Assembly: GCA_965208675.1 (NCBI GenBank)
Contig: OZ242351.1
Span: forward strand, 2,752,001-2,816,000
DNA length: 64,000 nt
Direction of reading: 5' to 3'
Source of the DNA: Candidatus Poribacteria bacterium
GTDB lineage: Bacteria > Poribacteria > WGA-4E > PCPOR2b
Shown piece by piece: positions 39,522 through 50,349 of the stretch (position 1 is its first letter; every line of letters starts with the position of its first letter). The notes under the pieces were generated by a model. That model worked only from the letters and a program-made list of their open reading frames with translations, searched no databases and was not told where the DNA came from. The translations under genes and the position numbers were made by a program.

Positions 39522-40589
39522 TTAGTTAAGAATCTCATAGAAAAAATTCCGCCGTTTTGGGGTGAATCCGAAGTCGGAAATTGTCCGCTCGATTTCTTCG
39601 ATTGGCATGCAGTAAACCGTTCCCGCTTTACTCACAACATTCTCCTCTATCATGGTGCCGCCCATGTCATTCGCGCCGAATCTGAGGGACAACTGACCAA
39701 TTTTTGGCCCCTGAGTTACCCATGAAGACTGGAAGTTGTCAAAATTGTCAAGCATCAGGCGGGATATTGCTAATGTTTTAAGATACTCAAAACTTCCAGC
39801 GGGCGGCATGTGTTCGAGGCGGGTGTTATTGGGTTGTAGCGACCAACAAATGAAAGCGGTGAATCCGCCGGTCTCGTCTTGCAACTCGCGCAAACGGAGG
39901 AGATGTTCTACGCGCTCCGCATAACTTTCGGCATGTCCGTACATCATCGTGGCGCTTGATTTAAGCCCTACATAGTGCCCTTGCCGCATCACTTCCAACC
40001 ACTCGTCCGCAGTGCATTTTTTCGGACTAATCTCGTTTCTGGCATGGTCGGTCAAAATCTCTGCGCCCCCGCCCGGAATTGAATCCAATCCAGCATCGCG
40101 CAATCGAATTAACGTCTCTTTCAGCGTAAGCCTGTTAATCTTAGCAAACCAGTCAATTTCCGGCGGTGAGAAACCGTGAATGTGGATGTCATAATTTGCC
40201 TTAATCCACTGGAGGTAATCTTCGTACCAGTCGAGCTTCAGTTTGGGGTGTAATCCGCCTTGCATCAGGATGAGAACGCCGCCGAGATCGATTGTCTCTT
40301 GAATCTTACTGCCTAACTCTGCTTTGGACATCACATATGCGTCAGGATCGCTTTTATGGCGATAGAAACCGCAAAATTCGCAGTCGACATAGCACCAGTT
40401 AGTGTAGTTGATATTGCGATCTACAATATAGGTGATACGTCCCTCCGGGTGATTCCGCTGGCGGATGGTGTCGGCTGCACTGCCAATCGACAACAAATCG
40501 AAACTCTTAAAAAGCGTTAAACCGTCGTCAAAATCCAATCGTTCCGCGGCTAATGCTTTTTCCAATATCGGCTGAATGGTCTCATCCAT
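39522..40589 (-). CDS. mqnC: Cyclic dehypoxanthine futalosine synthase (radical SAM)
   Basis: TYIVDRNINYTN, CYVDCEFC, MQGGLHP, PGGGAEIL, QSSWVTQG, EENVV..AG. Confidence 0.88.
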   Translation of the reverse strand: MDETIQPILEKALAAERLDFDDGLTLFKSFDLLSIGSAADTIRQRNHPEGRITYIVDRNINYTNWCYVDCEFCGFYRHKSDPDAYVMSKAELGSKIQETIDLGGVLILMQGGLHPKLKLDWYEDYLQWIKANYDIHIHGFSPPEIDWFAKINRLTLKETLIRLRDAGLDSIPGGGAEILTDHARNEISPKKCTADEWLEVMRQGHYVGLKSSATMMYGHAESYAERVEHLLRLRELQDETGGFTAFICWSLQPNNTRLEHMPPAGSFEYLKTLAISRLMLDNFDNFQSSWVTQGPKIGQLSLRFGANDMGGTMIEENVVSKAGTVYCMPIEEIERTISDFGFTPKRRNFFYEILN

Positions 40590-40791
40590 AAGGATTACTG
40601 GTTCCTTCGTTGCATTGATAGCATTTTGCATCCATAGGAATTTCACGGGCATTGATTAATGATTCGAAACCGCTTCGCTGCCAACCTGTGTTTCCAGCTT
40701 AGTATTGTATCACTTCTATCAAGCCTCGTCAACCCAAGTTATCAACGTAGTGATCCATTCGTGCTTCAACGACTGGAACATCCCATTTCTC

Positions 40792-41388
40792 TCAGAATTC
40801 CAGTAGACGTTCAATTGACAAGGCAGCCGTGTTTTGGGGGTCAACCTGAATGGCGGCTTCCACTGCCCCTTTCGCAAGCTCCTTCTCTCCCAGATAGAAA
40901 TAACATGCGCCTCTCAGCGCGTGTAAGTCTGCGATCGACTGATAATCGTGTCGAAAGAGAGTGGCGTGATCGGCTTTCAGCGCATTATCTATGGCGAGCA
41001 GCGCGGTTTGAAAGTCCGTGGGGTTTTCGCGCCGGAGAAAAAGCGTGTTTGCTAACCCGATCCACGCATCGGCATTTGACACGTCTAGACGTATAGCTTC
41101 CTCGAAAGCATCCTGTGCCTTTGCGACAATCTGAGGATTCACTGAAGAAGTCCGTGATGCGCTCAGGTGGCTCCAGCCCAAGCCGTTGCGCGCATCCGGC
41201 AGGGTCTCATCCAGATTGACTGCACGCTCAAAACTCAAAAGTGCAGCGGAAAAATCGCCGTCATTGTAGGCAGTCCAGCCGGCAACCTGGTTTTTTCGGG
41301 CTGCCTCCGTATCAATTTCCTGATCGTTAGAACAGCCCAACAGTACAACAAGTGAAAAACACAGGCTAACAGCGATGAAACGGTTCAT
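40792..41388 (-). CDS. TPR lipoprotein
   Basis: LLGC lipobox, DARNGLGW and DAWIGLA TPR-like motifs. Confidence 0.8.
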   Translation of the reverse strand: MNRFIAVSLCFSLVVLLGCSNDQEIDTEAARKNQVAGWTAYNDGDFSAALLSFERAVNLDETLPDARNGLGWSHLSASRTSSVNPQIVAKAQDAFEEAIRLDVSNADAWIGLANTLFLRRENPTDFQTALLAIDNALKADHATLFRHDYQSIADLHALRGACYFYLGEKELAKGAVEAAIQVDPQNTAALSIERLLEF

Positions 41389-41462
41389 TCGATGCAGACT
41401 CCTTTAGGACGCTTCTGCACTACCTCAATAACAAACCCTTATGTTTCCCGACAGTAGAGTTT

Positions 41463-42056
41463 TCAAGCAATCGCACGTTGATAAGAGAAATCGAGTAGAA
41501 GCCTAATCTCTTTGACTTGTGCGGCTCTTAGGAACTCCACCACGTTCTCATCGGACGTGCCCGCTGCATCCTGGCACCAATCGACAAACTGAAACGCGTC
41601 CCAGTCCGTCTTCTGCTGTATGGCTGACGCATAATCCGCGAGTCCAGACGCGTGGTTGGATCGCTCTTCTATCAACGCTAGCACCTGTTCTCGAAGCGCC
41701 GGAAAAATGGCGTGCGCGCCTGCACGGCGGAACCAGTATTTGGCGTTGCTATAGTCAGGCTCGCGGCGATGCATGATACCGTGCCAATAGCTGCCGGTTT
41801 GACCCTCGATTTTCTGAGAGATTTTGTGCGATACGTCCAAGGCATCGTTCCAAAGCAGCAACCCACTCTTCACTGAAGCGCCGAAAGTATCATCTTTAAC
41901 CGCTTGGCCGTCAAAGAGTATATCTACGGAGACTCCCTGAATTCGATTCGTTAGATCACTATTCCAATCGTTCTGTGGCACAAGCGGCGGGAGCGGACGA
42001 CGCGCGTCGAGCTCTTGGACAATCGCTGCAATTGTCGATGAATACTCTGAACCCAT
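41463..42056 (-). CDS. Conserved hypothetical protein
   Basis: SH..SQ...YWHGIMHRREPDYSNAKYWFRR motif. SD AAGGAG. Confidence 0.8.
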   Translation of the reverse strand: MGSEYSSTIAAIVQELDARRPLPPLVPQNDWNSDLTNRIQGVSVDILFDGQAVKDDTFGASVKSGLLLWNDALDVSHKISQKIEGQTGSYWHGIMHRREPDYSNAKYWFRRAGAHAIFPALREQVLALIEERSNHASGLADYASAIQQKTDWDAFQFVDWCQDAAGTSDENVVEFLRAAQVKEIRLLLDFSYQRAIA

Positions 42057-42384
42057 TGTGTTCTCCTTCAGTTATTCGAGCGTGGCATTTGTGTAAGACT
42101 TGAGATTTAGCTAAATTATAACCCGCGGCAACTAGCAGAGCAAGTCAAAGTCGTACAAGCCGCAAATGTTCGGGGTGGCTGTGAACCTCCCAATATTCAT
42201 AGACCGCCGTTTGTGCGGGCGCAGTATAAACCGCCCTCCATGCAAATCCGTCAAATTTGGTGCGGCGGCGACTGGGAAGGTTATATTTTGAGATTAATGC
42301 GTCACCTTAAAACACGCCAATTCGATCCGGAATCGTCTAAAATAATTTTGTATCGTTCATATCTGTAACGAGTTCTATCCTAAC

Positions 42385-43059
42385 ATGCGTGAGAAATTAC
42401 TTCAACTGTATGATAGTTTATATGCCGAATACGGTCCGCAGAATTGGTGGCCCGCTGAGACTCCATTCGAGGTGATAATTGGAGCGATTCTTGTACAATC
42501 GACCGCATGGAAGAATGTCGATCACGCAATTAAAAATCTAAAAACCGCCGAGCTGTTAACGCCCGAACGGTTGTGCGAATGCCCCCAAGACACGCTGGAA
42601 GCGCTCATCCGTCCATCTGGCTACTACCGTGTCAAGACGAAGAAGATTCAGGCGTTCATGGAGCATCTACGAATTAATTACCGGAATAGTTTAGACGCAT
42701 TATTGGCAATGGACCAGCCACCGCTTCGGGAAGAACTGCTTTCGATTTATGGAATTGGGGAAGAGACAGCGGACTCCATTCTGCTTTATGCAGCTCGCAA
42801 GCCCATCTTTGTGGTCGATGCATATACATACCGCTTACTCACACGGCTTGGCTGGACGGACGGAAAATACGACTACGGTAAATTTCAAAAAATCTTCATG
42901 GACGCTTTACCAAAGGATACCGACCTGTTTAACGAGTATCACGCCCTGATTGTACGTCATGGTAAAGCAACATGCGCCAAAACTCCGAAATGCTCAGTGT
43001 GTGCGCTGTCTCAGCAGTGCCCTTACCCCATCTCTTGTCAAAACAAGCTAACACGATAA
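42385..43059 (+). CDS. Endonuclease III-like HhH-GPD protein with FeS motif
   Basis: WWPAETPFEV..GAILVQ, GIGEETADSILLYA, VVDAY, C-x5-C-x2-C-x5-C. Confidence 0.92.
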   Translation: MREKLLQLYDSLYAEYGPQNWWPAETPFEVIIGAILVQSTAWKNVDHAIKNLKTAELLTPERLCECPQDTLEALIRPSGYYRVKTKKIQAFMEHLRINYRNSLDALLAMDQPPLREELLSIYGIGEETADSILLYAARKPIFVVDAYTYRLLTRLGWTDGKYDYGKFQKIFMDALPKDTDLFNEYHALIVRHGKATCAKTPKCSVCALSQQCPYPISCQNKLTR

Positions 43060-43372
43060 CGGGCATTTCCATACAGCCAAAGCCCCAGAGCGGGATCAAG
43101 CGACCGAATAGGGAGCGCGATAGAAGTTCCAATGATTGTAACCACTCAATCGCTCAAGTATGGGTTTGGCGCTTAATTTTCAAACAAGCTCTAAGCGTTC
43201 ATCAGTCGCGGGTTTATCCATGACTTTTCACCCCGCTTGTGCTATAATGATCGCAGCGAATTCAGTGGAGACAACGGACGAACTCTCAAGATTAAATAAT
43301 CTGAAATAGTTAGTTCCATAGTACCTATCAATTTTGCACGCTTGACGTCCCAGCATTCAGAGGTTGTGATAC

Positions 43373-44494
43373 ATGGCATACGCCTATACCCCAGGTCTCA
43401 AAGTTACAACAGGTTCGAAGATTCGGAAAGAGCGCAGGTTGCCGCTTAAAGGAGACGTGCTTGTCCAGAGGGGCGATGCGGTGCGTTCGGAAGACGTCGT
43501 TGCAAGAACGAACCGGCCGGGGAACGTCCAACTAGTAAACGTTGCAAATCTCCTGAGTATTCCGCCCGAAGACGTCAAAGATTATATGCATAAAACAGAG
43601 GGAGAAGCTGTTGCAAAAGACGAAACACTCGCAATGACAAAGGGAATATTCGGGCTGTTTAGGTCACTGGCGCGTTCTCCGATTGATGGAACAATCGAGA
43701 CCATCTCTAAGGTTACCGGGCAAGTGATTTTGCGTGAACCGCCGTTGCCCGTTGAAATGAAGGCATTCATCAATGGAACGGTTGTAGAGGTTTTTCCCGA
43801 TAAAGGCGTCGTTGTAGAAGCATATGGGACGTACGTTCAGGGAATTTTCGGCGTTGGAGGTGAAGCCGTCGGTACCATGAACGTAGTTGTTGATTCGCCC
43901 AATGCGCCACTGACGCCGGACGCCATTCAGACTACACATCGCGGCAAAATCCTCGTAGGCGGCTCCATCGTTGGGTATGACGCGCTTCAGGAAGCCATAC
44001 GGTGCGGCGTAAAAGGAGTTGTCGCGGGTGGAATAAACGACACCGATCTCCGGAAGTTCTTGGGTTACGAACTCGGCGTCGCAATCACGGGTACAGAAGC
44101 ACTTGGGATTACGCTTATCATTACTGAAGGTTTTGGCAAAATTAGTATGGCAGGGCGTACATATAATTTGCTCAAAGATCAGGAAGGGATGCAAGCCTCA
44201 ATTAACGGTGCCACGCAAATTCGAGCCGGGGTCGTGCGCCCCGAAATTGTCATACCATTTGAAAATCGTGAACAATCCCCCCAAACCGCGCATGAAAGCG
44301 GCGTGCTTGAAGTCGATACTCCTATCCGCATTATCCGTGAACCCTATTTCGGGCAACTTGGACGTGTCACCGCCTTGCCGGTCGACCTTCAACAGCTTGA
44401 AACTGAAGCAAATGTGCGGGTACTGGAAGTTGAGCTAGATGACGGCGCACGCATCACACTGCCGCGCGCAAATGTGGAGATTATTGAGGCGTAA
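43373..44494 (+). CDS. Conserved hypothetical protein with barrel-sandwich hybrid-like motifs
   Basis: MAYAYTPGL, SPIDGTI, QGIFGVGGE, TQIRAGVVRPE, PRANVE. Confidence 0.8.
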   Translation: MAYAYTPGLKVTTGSKIRKERRLPLKGDVLVQRGDAVRSEDVVARTNRPGNVQLVNVANLLSIPPEDVKDYMHKTEGEAVAKDETLAMTKGIFGLFRSLARSPIDGTIETISKVTGQVILREPPLPVEMKAFINGTVVEVFPDKGVVVEAYGTYVQGIFGVGGEAVGTMNVVVDSPNAPLTPDAIQTTHRGKILVGGSIVGYDALQEAIRCGVKGVVAGGINDTDLRKFLGYELGVAITGTEALGITLIITEGFGKISMAGRTYNLLKDQEGMQASINGATQIRAGVVRPEIVIPFENREQSPQTAHESGVLEVDTPIRIIREPYFGQLGRVTALPVDLQQLETEANVRVLEVELDDGARITLPRANVEIIEA

Positions 44495-44588
44495 AGGACG
44501 GCGCTAAGCATTTCCAAAAATGAGAATGTTGTCGGGCGTTTCCAAGTAGACGCTTGAACCACACAATGCATTTCACCGGTAAATCGTT

Positions 44589-45149
44589 ATGAATAACAAC
44601 CGCAAAGACAATTCGAATCGTGCATTAACCGTGACTGGGGTTCAAATTGACAGCGGTATGCCTAGGGACAAGGCGATACAGCGCGGTCGAGAACATGTGC
44701 AGACTTATCGGGCAGCATCGGCACACTTGAACCGGGCGATAGACGCACTGAACTCAAAAGATTACCCGCGGGCAATCGGGGAATTTCAACAAGCGCTCCA
44801 ACACAATCGAGAATCCGCGGAAGGACATTTCTACCTCGGTTTGACATATTTTATGGTTGGAAATTACGGCGAGGCAGCAGCTTCCTACAAGCGAGCAATC
44901 GTCTGCGAACCAAGCGATCCAATGATACACCTCAATTTAGGAATTGTTTATCAACTGCAAGAACAATATGACGAAGCCATCGGAGCCTACCAACGATCGA
45001 TTGCCCTCTCACCCAACAACGCTGAAGCGTATTCTCGGCTAGGTTCCGTTTACACAGCGCAAGGCAAGCGCCAAGAGGCTGTAGCAGCCTACAAGAACGC
45101 TGTCCGAATCAAGCTCCTTGCGGACACAAAAAGCCAAACCGATTCTTAA
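44589..45149 (+). CDS. TPR protein
   Basis: Four TPRs (HLNRA, HFYLG, HLNLG, YSRLG). Confidence 0.85.
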   Translation: MNNNRKDNSNRALTVTGVQIDSGMPRDKAIQRGREHVQTYRAASAHLNRAIDALNSKDYPRAIGEFQQALQHNRESAEGHFYLGLTYFMVGNYGEAAASYKRAIVCEPSDPMIHLNLGIVYQLQEQYDEAIGAYQRSIALSPNNAEAYSRLGSVYTAQGKRQEAVAAYKNAVRIKLLADTKSQTDS

Positions 45150-45375
45150 TTCTCGATGTGTTCGTCATTGCCCCGGAATTTTGCACCCGCCCCTCACCAA
45201 AAATTGAGCTCTAAAAGGCAGGACTGTAGAGCTTAAGCCATTCTCATTCTGCAACAGATATGTATCATTTCTGACACCCCTCCAGCAATCTACTTCCACG
45301 GCAAAGACATCTCAAACTACACGCGTGGTTTGACACCATATGCTTACGGATCCCAAATTCGGAGCATATTGATGA

Positions 45376-45391
45376 TGGCACATGAATTGCT
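45376..45391 (+). promoter_or_regulatory. Sigma54 -24/-12 promoter
   Basis: TGGCAC-ATGAA-TTGCT, a full match to TGGCAC-N5-TTGCW, upstream of the TolB-like gene. Confidence 0.7.
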
Positions 45392-45550
45392 ATAATCAGT
45401 AACCGAGTTTTATATTTATGGTGTTGGGTTTCGATTCGCTTTCAACACCGATGCGCTCGTCGATATTGTGACAAGCGGTTTAGATAAAATTGAATATTTG
45501 GATCATTTAGATATTAGGCTACTGATTAGCATTGAATAGCATGAGGAGGC

Positions 45551-47455
45551 TTGGAGATAGTGATAATACGGAACTGTCATCAACCAACGAATGTGTCCGA
45601 TTCAAATTGTTACCTGTTTGCAAGAATTGAGGTCGTCACATATGTTCTTCTTTTGTTGCTCTTGATGACTCTTATTGTTTTTTCCGCAAATGCCCAAAGG
45701 CAACAAGAACAAATTGTGTTTGTGTCTGAAGGTGAAGAGCTCGACCAAATACAACTCTCAACTGGTGCAGCCGGTCAAGTTAAAAAGCTTACAATACAAC
45801 AACAGAGTTTCCTAGCTGCCACACCATCATTATCGTTTGATGGTGAACGGGTCGCATACGTCTGGCAGATGGCTCGAGGTAGACAATGGCACTATGACAT
45901 TTATATCATGGATATACGATCTGGTGAACAACATCAAGTGACATTTGAACCGAGTGCAGATCTTCATCCGTCTTGGGCACCGGACGGAAGTAGGATTGTG
46001 TTTTCTTCAGATAAAGATGGAGATTTCGATCTCTACACCGTGGATAAGAATGGGGAAAATCGTACTCACATGACCAATAGCTGGGGAGACGATGTCCAGC
46101 CTGATTGGTCACCGGACGGGAGAAAAATCGCGTTTGCTTCTGATCAGGAGAGTTTAGTTCATCAAATTTACTGGCTGGATGTCAAAACACGACACCAACA
46201 GAAACTGACTCAAAGCAACTATCATAGCCGTTACCCGAGATGGTCGCCTGATGGGACTCGTGTAGCGTACCGTTCCGCGGTTGTTGACGTAGTAATCCCA
46301 CGCGGCAACTGGCAGATTTTTCAAGTCAGAGCTGATGGATCAGACTTGAAAAACCTCATTATGGATGGGGACTACAATAGTACCCCTGTCTTTTCACCTG
46401 ATGGGAAGCAGATTGCTTTTTCATCTGAAAGAGACGATAACTCGGACATCTATACCTTCGACAGGATTTCCCTGCAAACTGTCCGTCTGACTCGCAACCC
46501 ATCTATTGATACGGAACCAAGTTGGTCACCGGATGGTAAACATCTTGCTTTTAGTTCTAAAAGAACTGGCAATTATGATATCCACACGATGAATGCGGAT
46601 GGCGGCGAGATTGTCAATTTAACCCAGAGTGGAACTGCCGAATTGATGCCAGCTTGGTCTCCTAGAGGGGATATGATAAGTTTCGTGCGAGTTGTAGATG
46701 GAGTACAGGAGATTCATGTGATGGACGACAATGGGAACCGTCAAATGCGGTTGGATAATAGTCCATTTTTGAATACATCGCCGACATGGTCACCACAAGG
46801 GGAGACGATTGCCTTTGTGAATAAACCCAGGCAGGATGCAAAGGTATGGCGCATTTATACGATTGATGCGGATGGTCAGAATAAGCGGTTGATATTTGAG
46901 ACAATAGATGGCGTAATTAAAAACATCAGTTGGTCTTCGGATGGCAATAAAATGTTGTTTGTCTATTGGATCGAATTGAACCAGGACCAAGGGGTTCTCG
47001 AACTCCGTACACTTGATATGAACACACGGGAGGTCAACTCAATTGATATTGATCCGGATTTTATACCACTTGCGCTTAACAACGCTGTTTGGGCTCCCAA
47101 TGGTCGGACGATTGTCTTTTCAGCGATTCAAATTAATCCGCAGCGCACCCTCCGCTATGGCATATTCTTGGTGAATGCTGATGGTAATAGTATCCCAGAA
47201 CACATAAGGGATACCTTCAATCCTCAAGAGATTGCATATGGAAAGGGACGTATTTCTTGGTCGCCGGATGGACAACGTATCCTGTTTAGCCGCGGGACTG
47301 GAAACCTTTACGTAACTGGATTGAACGGGGGAGGCGCCAAACTATTTCTCAGAAATGCACATTCGCCGGATTGGAAAACGCCTCGTGTCTGGCAGAGCGT
47401 AACTCCAAAGAACAAGCTGCAATCGACTTGGGGAAGGGCAAAAAAACAAAGGTAG
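45551..47455 (+). CDS. TolB-like PD40 beta-propeller protein (start uncertain)
   Basis: About 12 P.WSPDG..I.F repeats, hydrophobic signal ending SANA, C-terminal VTPKNKLQSTWGRAK. Confidence 0.88.
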   Translation: MEIVIIRNCHQPTNVSDSNCYLFARIEVVTYVLLLLLLMTLIVFSANAQRQQEQIVFVSEGEELDQIQLSTGAAGQVKKLTIQQQSFLAATPSLSFDGERVAYVWQMARGRQWHYDIYIMDIRSGEQHQVTFEPSADLHPSWAPDGSRIVFSSDKDGDFDLYTVDKNGENRTHMTNSWGDDVQPDWSPDGRKIAFASDQESLVHQIYWLDVKTRHQQKLTQSNYHSRYPRWSPDGTRVAYRSAVVDVVIPRGNWQIFQVRADGSDLKNLIMDGDYNSTPVFSPDGKQIAFSSERDDNSDIYTFDRISLQTVRLTRNPSIDTEPSWSPDGKHLAFSSKRTGNYDIHTMNADGGEIVNLTQSGTAELMPAWSPRGDMISFVRVVDGVQEIHVMDDNGNRQMRLDNSPFLNTSPTWSPQGETIAFVNKPRQDAKVWRIYTIDADGQNKRLIFETIDGVIKNISWSSDGNKMLFVYWIELNQDQGVLELRTLDMNTREVNSIDIDPDFIPLALNNAVWAPNGRTIVFSAIQINPQRTLRYGIFLVNADGNSIPEHIRDTFNPQEIAYGKGRISWSPDGQRILFSRGTGNLYVTGLNGGGAKLFLRNAHSPDWKTPRVWQSVTPKNKLQSTWGRAKKQR

Positions 47456-47545
47456 GTACGTCCCTATTTCAGATTTTACTCGCCAATAGTTACGATCTCA
47501 TTTCTTTTACGAATGAAGCACACATGAAATCTGCGTGGTCTCGGT

Positions 47546-48166
47546 CTACTCCTCCTGCCCAACTTCGTCCAGTGAATCTAATTCTAATTTGTCCTCAAGA
47601 TCGGTTCTGATTTCGTCCAGCAGGGGACCAACAACTGCCGCGTTTAGCGCAGCATCTGGATTCTTCTCGTTATTGTCGTTTGTCAAGACATTTTCCAAAC
47701 CGTAGTCGTCAATTCCAATCGCATATTCCGGAAATAGGTTTGTCACAGGATCTTCAGTCGCTGTTATGTCATGTAAGATTTGATATGCCTGGGAATCGGC
47801 TGGCTCACTTGCCGTGGGTTGGGCAGAATTACCAAAATCCCTTCGCAAGAAATCCATCATCGGTGTTTCACCCATGTCCATACCCATACCTGTATTGCGC
47901 CGCGGCAATGTCCGTTTAATTTGCAGCGAGCGCCGGTTCTTCGCGTCGTTCGCGTCTAAAAATTCACCTTGTTTACCTATCACAATGATTCGTTGTATTT
48001 CCGACGAATCCGGCCCGAATATCCAACCCACCATCCATTGAATTGAAGCAGCGATAGAACTGAGTACCGGATGCAAGTTGCCGATTGCATCAATCTGGAG
48101 CAATCCCAACGCTAGCAACATACCCAGAGCGATTATACTGATTAATTTTAGGTTTAACCGCTTCAT
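47546..48166 (-). CDS. Hypothetical membrane-anchored protein
   Basis: MKRLNLK after AAGGAGG, N-terminal hydrophobic helix, acidic C-terminus. Confidence 0.65.
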   Translation of the reverse strand: MKRLNLKLISIIALGMLLALGLLQIDAIGNLHPVLSSIAASIQWMVGWIFGPDSSEIQRIIVIGKQGEFLDANDAKNRRSLQIKRTLPRRNTGMGMDMGETPMMDFLRRDFGNSAQPTASEPADSQAYQILHDITATEDPVTNLFPEYAIGIDDYGLENVLTNDNNEKNPDAALNAAVVGPLLDEIRTDLEDKLELDSLDEVGQEE

Positions 48167-48270
48167 ATCATGTACCTCCTTACAACACGGAAACCAAAAC
48201 ATTCCAACTCTTCGGGAAAGACTTAAGCGCCAGTTTGGAACGTTTTACCATTACCTCCAAAGACACGCAC

Positions 48271-49968
48271 TCAGAGAAGCGTAGGCTTTGAATTTTGAGG
48301 CATGCGAATTTCCTCGACAAGTTCCTGAACCTCGCTCGGCGGCGCAGGCGTCGCGAAAGAGACGATACCCGCAACCAAGAAATTCAGCACCATGCCGAGC
48401 GCTCCGATCCCCTCGGGCGAAATGCCCAACCACCAGTGTTCCGCAGTGTTGTGTTCAGGTTGAATGAACTTAAAGTAAATTATGTATGTTGCGGTAAAGG
48501 TGATGCCAACAATCATTCCGCTGACAGCACCGTATTTGTTCATACGCTTTGAGAATATCCCCATGGTGATAGCTGGGAAGAATGACGCCGCAGCCAACCC
48601 AAATGCGAAAGCAACCACCTGTGCGACGAAACCCGGCGGATTCATACCGAAGAACCCGGCAATACACACCGCGACTCCTGCGGCAATGCGCGCCGCAATC
48701 AACTCCCCTTTCTCGCTGATGGTTGGAATGAGTTCTTTTCTCAATAGGTCGTGCGCGATTGCTGTAGAGATTACGAGTAACAGCCCTGCCGCTGTCGAGA
48801 GTGCAGCCGCCAGTCCGCCCGCTGCAACAAGGCCGACAATCCAGTTCGGTAGCTTGGCAATTTCGGGATTCGCAAGCACCATGATGTCTCGGTCAATTGT
48901 AAGTTCGTTTGCGACATCCGATTTTGGGCCGCGGTATTGAATGATTCCGTCGCCGTCCTTGTCAACGAATTGGATTAGTCCAGTCTTTTCCCATTTTTTA
49001 AACCAGTCCGGCGTGTCTTCATAGTTTGTATCGGACATCGTAGTAAGCAGATTAGTTCGGGCAAATGCTGCTACAGCAGGAGCGGTCGTATAAAGTACCG
49101 CAATGAACAACAACGCCCATCCAGCCGAGCTGCGTGCGGCGGCAACGCGCGGCACCGTATAAAAACGTACGATAACATGCGGCAAGCCCGCGGTGCCAAT
49201 CATTAGTGCGGCGGTGATAAAGAAGACATCAATTTTAGCCTTTCGTCCATCAGTATATGTGTCGAAGCCAAGTTCACGGCTCAATCCATTCAGTTTGTCC
49301 AGTAGGTATTCACCGGAACCGTCTGCCAGTGTCCCGCCGAATCCGAATTGAGGGACAATATTTCCTGTCATCAGAAGGGAAATAAAAATCGCCGGTACGA
49401 GGTAAGCGAAAATCAACACACAGTATTGCGCGACCTGCGTGTAGGTAATACCCTTCATGCCGCCCATCACTGCGTAAAAGAAGACGATTCCCATGCCCAC
49501 AAGCACGCCCACGTTGACATCGACGTTCAGAAACCGTGAAAAGACAATGCCGACGCCGCGCATCTGTCCCGCGACATATGTAAACGACACGAATATCGCA
49601 CAGATAATGGCAACAAATCGCGCAGTTTGCGAGTAATAACGATCGCCAACAAAGTCCGGAACGGTGAACTTGCCAAACTTCCGCAAATAGGGCGCCAAGA
49701 GCAGCGCGAGCAAGACATACCCGCCAGTCCATCCCATCAGGTAAACTGCGCCGTCACGTCCCATGAACGAGATTAGCCCGGCCATTGAAATGAACGATGC
49801 GGCGCTCATCCAATCCGCCGCGGTTGCCATACCGTTAAGGACCGGCCGCACATTGCTGCCTGCGACGTAAAATTCGCCGGTCGAACTCGCTTTCGACCAG
49901 ATCGCCACACCGATGTAGAGCGCAAACGAAAGACCGACCATCACAAACGTCCAAGCCTGCACGTTCAT
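48271..49968 (-). CDS. Sodium:solute symporter, ActP-like
   Basis: GMATAADWMSAASFISMAG, GGMKGITYTQVAQY, GTAGLPHVIVRFYTVP, about 13 TMs. Confidence 0.92.
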   Translation of the reverse strand: MNVQAWTFVMVGLSFALYIGVAIWSKASSTGEFYVAGSNVRPVLNGMATAADWMSAASFISMAGLISFMGRDGAVYLMGWTGGYVLLALLLAPYLRKFGKFTVPDFVGDRYYSQTARFVAIICAIFVSFTYVAGQMRGVGIVFSRFLNVDVNVGVLVGMGIVFFYAVMGGMKGITYTQVAQYCVLIFAYLVPAIFISLLMTGNIVPQFGFGGTLADGSGEYLLDKLNGLSRELGFDTYTDGRKAKIDVFFITAALMIGTAGLPHVIVRFYTVPRVAAARSSAGWALLFIAVLYTTAPAVAAFARTNLLTTMSDTNYEDTPDWFKKWEKTGLIQFVDKDGDGIIQYRGPKSDVANELTIDRDIMVLANPEIAKLPNWIVGLVAAGGLAAALSTAAGLLLVISTAIAHDLLRKELIPTISEKGELIAARIAAGVAVCIAGFFGMNPPGFVAQVVAFAFGLAAASFFPAITMGIFSKRMNKYGAVSGMIVGITFTATYIIYFKFIQPEHNTAEHWWLGISPEGIGALGMVLNFLVAGIVSFATPAPPSEVQELVEEIRMPQNSKPTLL

Positions 49969-49970
49969 AC

Positions 49971-50240
49971 TTACTCCCGATTGCTTTCGTCCACACCGTG
50001 CTTTTTATCGAGGCGATTCATCAGATAAACATAGATGAAAATCAATACCACAAATACATAAATTGACCCCTGTTGAGCCACCCAAAATCCGAGGCGAAAA
50101 CCACCTATCTTGATTCTATCCAGAAAGTCTACAAATAGTATCGAGCAGCCGAAGGACACAATGAACCACGTAGAAAGCAATATACTCAAGTATTGTAGGT
50201 TTTTCCGCCAATATGAACGTCTCTTGTCATGGATCGCCAT
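49971..50240 (-). CDS. DUF4212-type small symporter subunit
   Basis: YWRKNL...GFW.AQQGSI..F motif, directly upstream of the symporter. Confidence 0.88.
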   Translation of the reverse strand: MAIHDKRRSYWRKNLQYLSILLSTWFIVSFGCSILFVDFLDRIKIGGFRLGFWVAQQGSIYVFVVLIFIYVYLMNRLDKKHGVDESNRE

Positions 50241-50349
50241 GGCATTCCTTTATGATATTCGATATGCAGCGACCTGAAGGAGATAAAAAGAAATAACACA
50301 CATTGTATCACGTCATGGACAGGTTATCAACCGTGAAAAAATTGTGTAA

